Positions 9,453-18,495 of a stretch of DNA of 25,423 bases are shown here, piece after piece; position 1 is the stretch's first letter; each line of letters opens with the position of its first letter. The DNA is from a virus (Duplodnaviria > Caudoviricetes): positions 1 through 25,423 of IMG/VR virus record IMGVR_UViG_3300022935_000105; one strand, given 5' to 3'. The notes below the pieces were generated by a model that saw nothing but the letters and a program-made list of their open reading frames with translations, ran no database searches and had not been told where the DNA came from. Position numbers and translations under genes: made by a program.

Positions 9453-11603
9453 ATGCCATATATTGTAAATTTTACAGATAGCGAAAACAAATCACCTATT
9501 ACCGTTTTCGATAACACATCAAACCAAGATACGAGTTTGACGTTTCCAGGAAGAAACGTAGTTGGATATGGACAGATTATTGCTGAAAACTTTCTTTCTC
9601 TATTAGAAAACTTTGCAAGTCCGAATGCACCAGTCAATCCAACAGAAGGACAACTTTGGTATGATACGACTAATAACGTTCTTCAGTTATGGGACAACAC
9701 TAACTGGAAGGCAGCATCAAACATTCAAAAATCACCAACTGAGCCAAGTGTTGAAAATTCCAAGATAGGAGAACTTTGGGTTGATACTACCAATCAACAA
9801 TTAAGAATCTTTACAGGAACAAGATGGTTGCTTGTTGGACCAAGTGAGAGTGCAATTGATGGTAAGAGATACGGTCCAGCAGTTGAAAGAATTACAGACA
9901 GCGATAACAACAATAAAAATGTTTTAATTTTTTACATTGCAGATACTCCTGTTATTATTATTTCAAAAGATACATTTACACCGAAGATTGACATTACTGG
10001 TTTTGATATTATTAGAGCAGGACTTAATGTTGCGATTCCAGCCAACTCAGATGAAGAATTAGAATTTGCTTCAATCTTCCTTGGCGGGGAATTACCTAAG
10101 ATGCTTGGTACCGCTGCAAATGCTGACGCATTAAACGTTGGTGGTGTTGAAGTTAGTGCAGGAAAATTTTTAAGAAGTGATACGATTAATACAACTGAAT
10201 TTGGAATTAACGTTAGAAACAATGCAGGTATCACTGTAGGTATTGACGGTAACTTCAATATTATTACAAGTAGCACGGCTGCAAAACTTTATAACTCGGC
10301 AGCAGGTAGTGCTCTTGATTTACAAATTAATAGAAACGGTGTTCCAAGCACAATCCTAAGAGTTCTTGACAATAAGGTTGGTATTAACAAAACAACACCA
10401 GAAGAAGCACTTGACGTTGATGGTAATTTTGCGCTTTCAGGTAATTTGTTAATTAACAACACTGATGAAGCAACAAATTTAAGTACGGGTTCTGCTGTAT
10501 TCAAGGGCGGTATTTCCGTAACAAAAAATATTAGAATCGGAACAACGCTAAATGTTGAAGGAACCGTAACTACTACAAATATTACCCCAGCAGGTAACGA
10601 ATTATATGATCTTGGATCCACGTCAAGAAAATGGAATAACTTCTTTGCTAAAAAAATTATAGCAGATGAAATTGTTGGAACAATTAACGGTAGTATTACT
10701 GGTAATGCTAACACGGCAACAAACCTTAAAACAGTTTCGACTTTCCAGTTACAGGGAGATGTAGTTTCTAACTCTGTTAGATTTGATGGACAGGTTGATG
10801 GATCAACCAAATTATTTTCAACACAATTAACTGCAAACATCATTAAGGATAAACCAGCACCATCGCCAAATAGATCAAAACTTGACGATTTTGTTTTAAC
10901 ATACAGGGCGTCGGCTGAAACTGGTGGATCCAGCGGATTATTAAAACAGACCCGAGATACGTTTGTCGGAGACCTTGGTATTCCTATAGGAGCAATTTTA
11001 CCTTATTCAGGAACCACTGCTCCATATGGTTTCCTATTGTGTGATGGTGGTGAAGTTGAGATAGCAAAATTTCCTTTACTATATGATGTGATTGGAACGA
11101 ACTACAATGGAACAGCAACACTTAATGGAACGGGAACATTTAGGGTTCCGGACTTGAGAGGTAGATTTCCTCTTGGTAAACACAACATGGATAACAACAT
11201 TGACGTTCCTACAGCAGCAGGTGGATTTACAGATAACGGAGGTGGTAACCCATCACCGGCAAGGGTTGAAGGTACTGAAGCAACAACACTCGCAGCATCC
11301 AGTGGTTCAAGCACAACAAGCCTAACTCTTGGAAACGTTCCTGAACACTCTCATAACATGCAGAATGAAGGCGAACAATTTTATGCTGTTAGGGTAACAA
11401 CAGATCCTGCAGAAGGAATACAGATTTCAAACAATGGACCAACAGCCGCTGGTGAGGCAGTTTATCTCCCAGATTCCGGACCTGTTAAAAAGCCAAGCGT
11501 AGATTTTACATTGGGTGCACCTTTTGGTATCATGAACCCATTCTTAACATTAAATTATATTATTAGATCTGGACCACCAGCATTTACAACAGTAGGATCA
11601 TAA
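9453..11603 (+). CDS. Tail fibre protein with C-terminal phage tail collar domain (fibre paralog 1)
   Basis: Shared N-terminal module (GRNVVGYGQIIAENFLSLLENFAS..P.NPTEGQLWYD). Tail-collar signature IPIGAILPYSGTTAPYGFLLCDG..FPLLYDVIG..FRVPDLRGRFPLG, an HSH motif, and terminal NPFLTLNYIIR. Shine-Dalgarno GAGGGG upstream. Confidence 0.85.
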   Translation: MPYIVNFTDSENKSPITVFDNTSNQDTSLTFPGRNVVGYGQIIAENFLSLLENFASPNAPVNPTEGQLWYDTTNNVLQLWDNTNWKAASNIQKSPTEPSVENSKIGELWVDTTNQQLRIFTGTRWLLVGPSESAIDGKRYGPAVERITDSDNNNKNVLIFYIADTPVIIISKDTFTPKIDITGFDIIRAGLNVAIPANSDEELEFASIFLGGELPKMLGTAANADALNVGGVEVSAGKFLRSDTINTTEFGINVRNNAGITVGIDGNFNIITSSTAAKLYNSAAGSALDLQINRNGVPSTILRVLDNKVGINKTTPEEALDVDGNFALSGNLLINNTDEATNLSTGSAVFKGGISVTKNIRIGTTLNVEGTVTTTNITPAGNELYDLGSTSRKWNNFFAKKIIADEIVGTINGSITGNANTATNLKTVSTFQLQGDVVSNSVRFDGQVDGSTKLFSTQLTANIIKDKPAPSPNRSKLDDFVLTYRASAETGGSSGLLKQTRDTFVGDLGIPIGAILPYSGTTAPYGFLLCDGGEVEIAKFPLLYDVIGTNYNGTATLNGTGTFRVPDLRGRFPLGKHNMDNNIDVPTAAGGFTDNGGGNPSPARVEGTEATTLAASSGSSTTSLTLGNVPEHSHNMQNEGEQFYAVRVTTDPAEGIQISNNGPTAAGEAVYLPDSGPVKKPSVDFTLGAPFGIMNPFLTLNYIIRSGPPAFTTVGS

Positions 11604-11604
11604 G

Positions 11605-13476
11605 ATGGCATATCAGATAAACAAAACAGATGGAACAGTAGTAGCAACGGTCGCTGACGGTCAGGTTGATAATATTTCAACTGATATTACTCTTATAGGT
11701 AAAAACTATAGTGGGTTTGGCGAAGCACTTAACGAAAATTTTGTAAAACTACTTGAAAATTTTTCAAGCACCAGCCGTCCTGAACATCCTATCAAAGGCC
11801 AGATATGGTTTGATGCTACTGAAAACAAATTAAAAGTATACAGCGGAACGGCTTTTGTTCCTGTTAGTTCAGCAACCATATCAAGCACACAGCCAAGCAC
11901 ACTTGGTGTTGGCGATCTTTGGTTTAATGATGTTGCCAAGCAGTTATATTTCTTCGATGGAACAAATACTATTCTACTTGGACCTGCTTATTCAGAATCA
12001 CAGTCATTGAGTGGTTTAAGAGTATCAAGCATACTTGATACATTGAACCAAACACGTGTTATCACGAGTTTATACAACAATGGAATACTGTTAGGAATAT
12101 TTGCAAAAGATTCATTTACTCCTAAGAATGCTATTGAAGGATTCAGTGGGGATATCATTCCAGGATTTAATCAGGGAACTCTATCAGGATTAAAATTTAA
12201 CGTAACAACAACCAATTCAGAAAAACTTGGTAACGTAACGGCAATTACATATGCAAGAAAAGACACATCAAACTCATTCGAAGGACAGATAAGAGTTAAT
12301 TCGGATCTTGGTATAGTATTTGGTGCGGGTGACCAAGGAAACTTCACTGTTGATGGTGCTGGTAACGTAACATTTTCAAACTCTGCTTCCGATAAGAAAC
12401 TTACACTTAACGTGAGAAAGGGTATTGCACAGGAAGATGCAATAATTATTAATTCAGATTCAAGAAGAGTTGATGTTTATCCAGGATACAGCGATAGTGA
12501 ATTAACAGTTGGTGGTGATGTTACAGTGGAAGGTGTCGTAACCATCAAGGGCAATCTTGTTATTAACGACGGCGATGTATTGGTTCAGAGAGAAACTTCA
12601 CTTGAAATTGAAAACAAATATTTAATAATGGCCCAACAGGGAGATAGTGCTTCCAACAAAGATGAACTTGCTGACGGTGGTGGTATAATTCTAAAGGGTG
12701 CAACGGATCACGTGCTTTTATGGAGCCAGAATGGCTTCCCCGCTTCACCAGAATATCCGGCACTTGCCGCAGGAGCATGGACCAGTTCGGAACACGTTAA
12801 CCTTGCTTCAGGCAAAGCATTCAAGATTAACGGAGTAACCGTTCTTGACGGAACATCATTGGGTACGGGAATTACGAGCATTCCGGGTGTTACGTCCTTT
12901 GGTACGCAGAACGTTATCAACATTGGACCAGGAGCACCACCGGTTGCTGAGATGAGATTGCAAAATCATAGAATTTCCACTCTAAGCAGTAACTATGACA
13001 TAGAATTAGAACCAAACGGAACTGGAAATATCTCATTAATAGGATCACCCAAGATAACTGGCATGGCAGATCCTACATCCGCACAGGATGCTGCTACCAA
13101 GGAATACGTTGATGATGTCGCTGAATCAAGAAGCCTTGCATTTTCAATGGACTTAACTGACGGTAAACCAAACAGTTACATTGCGGGAACGGTTCTTGCT
13201 GCATTGGCACCCGTTGCTGAATATAGAAATGGTACCATTGCAAGAATTTTATGTACGCAGTTGTCAAACTCAACTACGAGTCTTGACATTGATCCTCTGT
13301 TAAGTCAGAGTACGGCAGAATTTAACACTCCATCGGGAACAGCATATGCGGTAACTGATGTTGCGTCAGCGGTTGCAACCGTTAGCGCACCAAGCATTAC
13401 AACAACAAGAATTATCAAGACATTCCAGTTACTTGCTGGTGCTTGGACATATGTATCAGAAACGGTGTTACCATAA
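11605..13476 (+). CDS. Tail fibre / baseplate-attached structural protein (fibre paralog 2)
   Basis: Shared N-terminal module (GKNYSGFGEALNENFVKLLENFSS..P.HPIKGQIWFD), beta-rich body, and ITGMADPTSAQDAATKEYVD trimeric-fibre motif near the C-terminus. Confidence 0.8.
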   Translation: MAYQINKTDGTVVATVADGQVDNISTDITLIGKNYSGFGEALNENFVKLLENFSSTSRPEHPIKGQIWFDATENKLKVYSGTAFVPVSSATISSTQPSTLGVGDLWFNDVAKQLYFFDGTNTILLGPAYSESQSLSGLRVSSILDTLNQTRVITSLYNNGILLGIFAKDSFTPKNAIEGFSGDIIPGFNQGTLSGLKFNVTTTNSEKLGNVTAITYARKDTSNSFEGQIRVNSDLGIVFGAGDQGNFTVDGAGNVTFSNSASDKKLTLNVRKGIAQEDAIIINSDSRRVDVYPGYSDSELTVGGDVTVEGVVTIKGNLVINDGDVLVQRETSLEIENKYLIMAQQGDSASNKDELADGGGIILKGATDHVLLWSQNGFPASPEYPALAAGAWTSSEHVNLASGKAFKINGVTVLDGTSLGTGITSIPGVTSFGTQNVINIGPGAPPVAEMRLQNHRISTLSSNYDIELEPNGTGNISLIGSPKITGMADPTSAQDAATKEYVDDVAESRSLAFSMDLTDGKPNSYIAGTVLAALAPVAEYRNGTIARILCTQLSNSTTSLDIDPLLSQSTAEFNTPSGTAYAVTDVASAVATVSAPSITTTRIIKTFQLLAGAWTYVSETVLP

Positions 13477-13487
13477 GGAGTAAGGAG
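13474..13487 (+). promoter_or_regulatory. Tandemly duplicated Shine-Dalgarno TAAGGAG-TAAGGAG
   Basis: Exact 7-nt tandem at 13474-13480 and 13481-13487. The first copy includes the upstream stop codon and the second ends 9 nt before ATG 13497. Confidence 0.7.
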
Positions 13488-13496
13488 CGATAATAG

Positions 13497-15752
13497 ATGG
13501 CATACGTAATTAACAAGAGCGATGGAACAGCACTTTTAACATTAGAAGATGCTACCGTGGATAATTCAACAAGCATCACGCTTGTTGGAAGAAATTATAT
13601 TGGCTACGGTGAAGCACAGAACGAAAACTTCTTATTCCTTCTTGAAAATTTTGCCAACACCTCCGCTCCAGCCAGACCAATAGCGGGGCAGTTATGGTTT
13701 GACACCACAAACAGAACCGTAAATGTTTATGATGGAGACAAATGGGTTGAAGCAGGTGCTGCTGCACTTTCAGCAACTCCACCACCGGCACCACCACTTG
13801 GTGCTTTTTGGTTAAAAACACCCTATAACACACTGCACGTTTGGAACGGAACTGATTGGGGACTGATAGGTCCTGAGGTAGCAGAAGGATTTGGTCTAAC
13901 AAGGGCAAGAAGCACAACACTGCTGGATGACGTCAACACCCAACATCCGGTGATCATACTCACGGTGAATGGAACGGAGATTGGTATAATTTCCAATACT
14001 GCGTTTACCATAAACAGTTCCAATGCAATTTCTGGTTTTGGCACCCTGCAGGCCGGCCTAACAATGAGCACCGCACACACGTTTGCGGGAGAATTGTCTG
14101 GAAACGCCACAACAGCAACAAGATTAAAAAATGTAAGATTAATAAATGGCATATCCTTTAACGGAACGCAGGACATCACGATCAAATCATCGACCACGAA
14201 TAAGTTGGAATCCGGAGATCACATAATTGGATCTGATTTTGATGGTGGAACTGCTGTAAGATGGGACATTGATGCAACTTCCAACAACACAGTTGGAAAG
14301 ATAGTGGCAAGAGACAGTGCTGGAGATTTTAGTGCTGGCACCATCACTGCTGATCTAATTGGCGATGTGACTGGAAACGTAACGGCAAGTTCGGGCATCA
14401 GCACATTTGATGAAGTACAAGCAACAAGATTCATAGGACAATCGTTGAGCGGTAATGCCGCAACGGCAACAAAATTGAGAAACACCGTCAACATCAACGG
14501 AGTGCAGTTTGATGGCAGCGTTGACATAACAGTTCCTGCTTCGGCAAGAACTCTAACGGACACGCACCTTGCAAACGCAGTGGTTACGTCAAATTTATCC
14601 ACGGTTGGAACGCTTACGAGTTTGGCAGTAACGGGCAACGTTGTTGTTAACAGCAATCTTACAATTTCATCCGCGGGCGGAACACAATCAGAATTGTCCG
14701 CAACAAGGAATTTAATAATCACGGCCGATGATGGATCGGACACAACACAATTAAAGGTCATTGCTCCGGACGTTTCAGTTCTTGATGGCACTGGACCCAA
14801 CGGTGCATTGGTTCCCGTAACAACGGGTGACGTGGATCTTGGTAAGACAACCAACAAGTTTGATAATGTTCATGCTAACACGTTCATTGGTGATTTAACT
14901 GGAAACGCAGATACTGCCACGCTGGCAACAACCGCTACAAATATCGCGGGCGGAGCCGCAGGCTCTTTTGCTTACCAGACTGCGTCTGGCGCAACTTCGT
15001 TGCTTCCAGCGGGAACGGCAGGACAGGTCCTACACACATCAGGCACGGGCGGTGCACCTTATTGGGATGCTCCTTCGTTGCAGGCACACGAAATAGGAAA
15101 CTATCTCGTTGGTAGTGATTATGATGGGTTAGGAGCAACAAGATGGGATGTTGATGCAACATCGGCTAACACGGCTGACAAGGTTGTTGCAAGAGATAGT
15201 TCAGGAAACTTTGCGGCAGGAACAATCACTGCTAATTTAACCGGAAACGTAACTGGTAATACCAACGGAACTCACACTGGTGCAGTTGTTGGTAATGTTA
15301 CAGGTAATGTAGTTGGAGATTTGACCGGAACAGCAACAAACGCAACAAATGCTGTATACAGTACAACAAGATCTGCAGGAACAAGTGATACAACAATTGC
15401 AACAACAGAGTTTGTAACTAATGCTATTGCAAATTCAAGACCAAGAACAATGACAGTGTCTGGTCCAGTTCCTAATACTTCAAGTCCGGATACTCAGTAT
15501 ATTGATTTAATACAGGCTTATCTACCTGCGAACACAGTTTCCAGTGGAGCAGAATTTACGTTAGTTGTTCAAGCATTATCAGCAACATCATCTTCTTCAT
15601 TTAGTGCAGCAAGATGGATTTTAGCATACAGATGGGCAACGGCATCGGTAACTACAAGTACAAATTTATTATTATCAAGCAGTGCTTACAAGTTAATTTA
15701 CAGATCCAATGGATCAACTTGGTCATATAACAGATATGGTGGTGCTGTGTAA
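13497..15752 (+). CDS. Tail fibre protein with internal repeats (fibre paralog 3)
   Basis: Shared N-terminal module (GRNYIGYGEAQNENFLFLLENFAN..P.RPIAGQLWFD). Two GNAxTATxLxNxxxINGxxFxGxxDIT repeats, two VARDSxGxFxAGTITAxL repeats, GNVTG runs and an IATTEFV motif. Confidence 0.85.
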   Translation: MAYVINKSDGTALLTLEDATVDNSTSITLVGRNYIGYGEAQNENFLFLLENFANTSAPARPIAGQLWFDTTNRTVNVYDGDKWVEAGAAALSATPPPAPPLGAFWLKTPYNTLHVWNGTDWGLIGPEVAEGFGLTRARSTTLLDDVNTQHPVIILTVNGTEIGIISNTAFTINSSNAISGFGTLQAGLTMSTAHTFAGELSGNATTATRLKNVRLINGISFNGTQDITIKSSTTNKLESGDHIIGSDFDGGTAVRWDIDATSNNTVGKIVARDSAGDFSAGTITADLIGDVTGNVTASSGISTFDEVQATRFIGQSLSGNAATATKLRNTVNINGVQFDGSVDITVPASARTLTDTHLANAVVTSNLSTVGTLTSLAVTGNVVVNSNLTISSAGGTQSELSATRNLIITADDGSDTTQLKVIAPDVSVLDGTGPNGALVPVTTGDVDLGKTTNKFDNVHANTFIGDLTGNADTATLATTATNIAGGAAGSFAYQTASGATSLLPAGTAGQVLHTSGTGGAPYWDAPSLQAHEIGNYLVGSDYDGLGATRWDVDATSANTADKVVARDSSGNFAAGTITANLTGNVTGNTNGTHTGAVVGNVTGNVVGDLTGTATNATNAVYSTTRSAGTSDTTIATTEFVTNAIANSRPRTMTVSGPVPNTSSPDTQYIDLIQAYLPANTVSSGAEFTLVVQALSATSSSSFSAARWILAYRWATASVTTSTNLLLSSSAYKLIYRSNGSTWSYNRYGGAV
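14100..14534 (+). repeat. Two copies of a 28-aa fibre repeat (14100-14183 and 14451-14534)
   Basis: GNATTATRLKNVRLINGISFNGTQDITI versus GNAATATKLRNTVNINGVQFDGSVDITV. Confidence 0.8.
14205..15260 (+). repeat. Two copies of a roughly 58-aa fibre module (about 14205-14384 and 15087-15260)
   Basis: LESGDHIIGSDFDGGTAVRWDIDATSNNTVGKIVARDSAGDFSAGTITADLIGDVTGN versus HEIGNYLVGSDYDGLGATRWDVDATSANTADKVVARDSSGNFAAGTITANLTGNVTGN. Confidence 0.85.
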
Positions 15753-16249
15753 TGATAAAGGTATCTTTGATACCTAATTATATAAACAATGTTGACCAAA
15801 TAATTGGGTTGGCAGAAAAATACCAGGACAAATTTTTTGTTCGGGCGCCAGGGGAAGAGTTTAATTTTGTAACTGCCTATGGTGATAGTAGTTTAAAGAG
15901 CATGTTTCGTTGGAACATGCCAGAGGATTTGAAGGAATTGATTTACGAATCACTTCCTGAGGAAGATAGATCCTGCGATGGTTTCTGCATAAACAGATAC
16001 GATCCAGGAGACTACTTGAAGAAGCACAGAGATAGTGCTGGAGGGTATTGGAAATTTAAACTGATATTCCTTAGAGCAGATGCTCCGCACTTTAAGTGGT
16101 ATGATGAGGATGGAGAAGGATATTTGGTGGATGAAGAACCCGGAATGCACATTGACATGCCAGTTAATCTTCCACACGAAGTAACACAAATAGGAGAAAA
16201 CGAAAGACCTAAATATAGTCTTGCGTTAAGTTGGGGTAGAATAAAATGA
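15752..16249 (+). CDS. 2OG-Fe(II) dioxygenase, prolyl-hydroxylase-like fold
   Basis: INRYDPGDYLKKHRD gives the HxD iron ligands after a typical N-x-Y-x-x-G strand, LPHEV the distal His, and RPKYSL the basic-x-Ser 2-oxoglutarate site. The start overlaps the fibre stop (TAATG). Confidence 0.85.
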   Translation: MIKVSLIPNYINNVDQIIGLAEKYQDKFFVRAPGEEFNFVTAYGDSSLKSMFRWNMPEDLKELIYESLPEEDRSCDGFCINRYDPGDYLKKHRDSAGGYWKFKLIFLRADAPHFKWYDEDGEGYLVDEEPGMHIDMPVNLPHEVTQIGENERPKYSLALSWGRIK

Positions 16250-16689
16250 CAAAAATGTTATTAGTTTTTAATACTGATGGAAGCAGTGTAATTTCTGCTC
16301 AGGAATATGATGCTGAATTTGAAGCAGGATTAATTTCTGGAAATGTTAAACACAAGGTGTTAGAATACGACAACCAGAATGAATATTACTGGGGTAATTA
16401 CGACACGGGTTCTATTAGATCCCTAAATGATTATCCTATCATGGAAGAGTTAGCACTTGATGAACTCGTTAACAAGACGATACTTAACAAGTATTCAATT
16501 CACAAGCAGTTAAACATCATTTCCGAGTGCATGGAGCAAGCAGGAATACCTTTAACAGAAGATTTTCAGGCTATGAGGGCGTTTATTAAGGAAAAAACTA
16601 CTAACCACAGTAGTGCTATTCAAACCTATAAAAACAACCCCGATACGTACAGTTTTGTGCCAAAACCTGAGACACCTGCAGAGGACTAA
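16246..16689 (+). CDS. Hypothetical protein, possibly a tail-fibre assembly chaperone
   Basis: 147-aa acidic ORF with ATGA overlap to the oxygenase. The helical C-terminal half (KYSIHKQLNII..EDFQAMRAFIKEK) loosely resembles small fibre-associated phage proteins. The function is weakly supported. Confidence 0.5.
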   Translation: MTKMLLVFNTDGSSVISAQEYDAEFEAGLISGNVKHKVLEYDNQNEYYWGNYDTGSIRSLNDYPIMEELALDELVNKTILNKYSIHKQLNIISECMEQAGIPLTEDFQAMRAFIKEKTTNHSSAIQTYKNNPDTYSFVPKPETPAED

Positions 16690-16695
16690 TTTTGG

Positions 16696-16701
16696 TAAAT
16701 A
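16696..16701 (+). promoter_or_regulatory. Putative late promoter core TAAATA
   Basis: Intergenic ggTAAATAtaac, followed by SD-like AGGA (16714-16717) and ATG 16726. Confidence 0.55.
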
Positions 16702-16725
16702 TAACAGTAATATAGGAAAAAATAC

Positions 16726-18495
16726 ATGGCATACCAAGTAGACAAATTTAATGGAACATTTTTAACGTCAGTTGAAGACGGTACTATCGATACAACTACG
16801 GATTTAAGATTCGTAGGTAAAAATTATGCTGGGTATGGCGAAGTACAGAACGAGAATTTCCTGCACTTATTAGAAAATTTTTCCAATACATCTGCTCCAC
16901 CAAAGGTTATTGAAGGGCAGATTTGGTACGATAGTGGAAATAAGAAACTAAAATTTTATGACGGAACCAAGTTCAAGTCAGCAAGTGGAGCAGAAACAAG
17001 TCCTTCTGCACCAAGCGGATTGGGTACTGGTGATTTTTGGTGGGACACCGCCGCTAAACAATTATATGCCTGGGACGGTGCAGCATTTGTCCTGATTGGT
17101 CCTGAAGCATCTCCGGATCTTGGAGCCAGCGGTGTAACAGCACAGGTTGTTAAGGACACCGGTAATACCAATCATTCAATCTTAAAAGTACAGGCAGGCG
17201 GTAAAACTGTAGCCATTATTTCACAAACAGCATTCACACTAAATTCTTCGGTCAATCCTATTGATGATTTTACTTTAATCAAGAAAGGAATAACGTTAGC
17301 CAAGACGGATTCAAATGGTATTAGTGCTGACGATTACGTTTACTGGGGAACATCTTCCAATTCATTAAAACTTGGTGGAGTTGCCGCAGATCAATTCTTG
17401 CAAAAAGGCAGTATCACATTTACTTCAACAATTGGGTTTGAAGATGCTGGTTACACAGTTGGTGATCAGAATGATTTAAGAGTTAGAGTAGAGAATGATG
17501 ATGAAATAATCATAGAATCAGTGCTTGGTAATGATATCAAGATGATTGTAACAGACTCTGGTGTAACAAGAAAAAATATTGCAAACTTTTCTGTAACTGG
17601 TATTATTCCAGGTGATAACAATTCATATGATCTTGGATCAACAACCAAGAAATGGGCCGAGGCATATGCAACCACATTCATTGGTGACCTAACAGGTGAT
17701 GTGACAGGAAACACAACAGGATCTCACACTGGTAATTTATTAGCAACAGACACTACCGTGATGATCAATGCAACTTCAAAAGAAATTGGTTATGCAGGAG
17801 CAACACTAAAAGGAACACTAATTGGTAACGTAAGTGGTAACGTAACAGGAACTGCATCAAATGCGAGTACACTTGGTAACGTTTCACCATCAACTGCATT
17901 GCCGGCAACCGTTGACAAAACATCTGTTCCTGTAAGAGATGCATCAGGTAATATTGCAGCGACTCAATTTGTGGGAATTACTGACAAGGCTGACAGATTA
18001 AAAATTGATGACTCAGCAACAGATACTGATCCAAATTATAAATCTGCAAAAACAACTGCAACTCCAAGCACGATTGCAGCAAGAACTGCTGCCGGAGACA
18101 TTTACGCTAATCTTTTCCAAGGAACAGCAACCGCAGCAAGATATGCAGACCTTGCAGAAAAGTATTTGACAGATAAGAATTATGACTATGGAACAGTAGT
18201 TAAGGTAGGTGGTTCCACAGAAGTTACCGCGGCAGGCGAAGGCGACAGAGCGATAGGTGTTATATCACAATCTCCAGCATTCATGATGAACTCACACTTG
18301 GCTGGAGGTCAATTTGTTGCATTGAAAGGAAGAGTTCCAGTTAAAGTAACTGGTGCTGTTAACAAGGGCGATAGGCTCGTAGCAGCAGCGGACGGAACTG
18401 CAAAATCATCGAATTCATCGCCTGATGTATTTGCTATAGCATTGGCATCAAGCGACCAAGCAGAAGTAAAATACATTGAAGCGGTAATTCTATAA
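16726..18495 (+). CDS. Tail fibre/spike with C-terminal intramolecular-chaperone (Peptidase_G2-like) domain (fibre paralog 4)
   Basis: Shared N-terminal module (GKNYAGYGEVQNENFLHLLENFSN..PPKVIEGQIWYD). The C-terminus YADLAEKY..GTVV..GG..AIGVIS..PAFMMN..VALKGRVPVKVTG.V.KGDRLV matches the pattern of autocleaving chaperone domains. Confidence 0.8.
   Translation: MAYQVDKFNGTFLTSVEDGTIDTTTDLRFVGKNYAGYGEVQNENFLHLLENFSNTSAPPKVIEGQIWYDSGNKKLKFYDGTKFKSASGAETSPSAPSGLGTGDFWWDTAAKQLYAWDGAAFVLIGPEASPDLGASGVTAQVVKDTGNTNHSILKVQAGGKTVAIISQTAFTLNSSVNPIDDFTLIKKGITLAKTDSNGISADDYVYWGTSSNSLKLGGVAADQFLQKGSITFTSTIGFEDAGYTVGDQNDLRVRVENDDEIIIESVLGNDIKMIVTDSGVTRKNIANFSVTGIIPGDNNSYDLGSTTKKWAEAYATTFIGDLTGDVTGNTTGSHTGNLLATDTTVMINATSKEIGYAGATLKGTLIGNVSGNVTGTASNASTLGNVSPSTALPATVDKTSVPVRDASGNIAATQFVGITDKADRLKIDDSATDTDPNYKSAKTTATPSTIAARTAAGDIYANLFQGTATAARYADLAEKYLTDKNYDYGTVVKVGGSTEVTAAGEGDRAIGVISQSPAFMMNSHLAGGQFVALKGRVPVKVTGAVNKGDRLVAAADGTAKSSNSSPDVFAIALASSDQAEVKYIEAVIL

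Noticed and set aside
13779-13796. PPPAPP in fibre 3 as a specific prolyl-hydroxylase target
   Set aside because: It occupies the proline-containing linker before the second G.[LF]W repeat present in all four paralogs. Nothing beyond proline richness supports it.
9932-14857. Long minus-strand ORFs (9932..10276, 10289..10843, 13823..14197, 14219..14857 and similar)
   Set aside because: They are antisense shadows of G/T/A/N-rich fibre genes with biased codons, lie wholly within well-supported + genes, and show no motifs.
14205-15260. Repeat pair in fibre 3 as a diversity-generating retroelement TR/VR
   Set aside because: Both copies are in-frame coding and differ at all base types, largely at synonymous positions rather than only at adenines. 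No reverse transcriptase is in the window.
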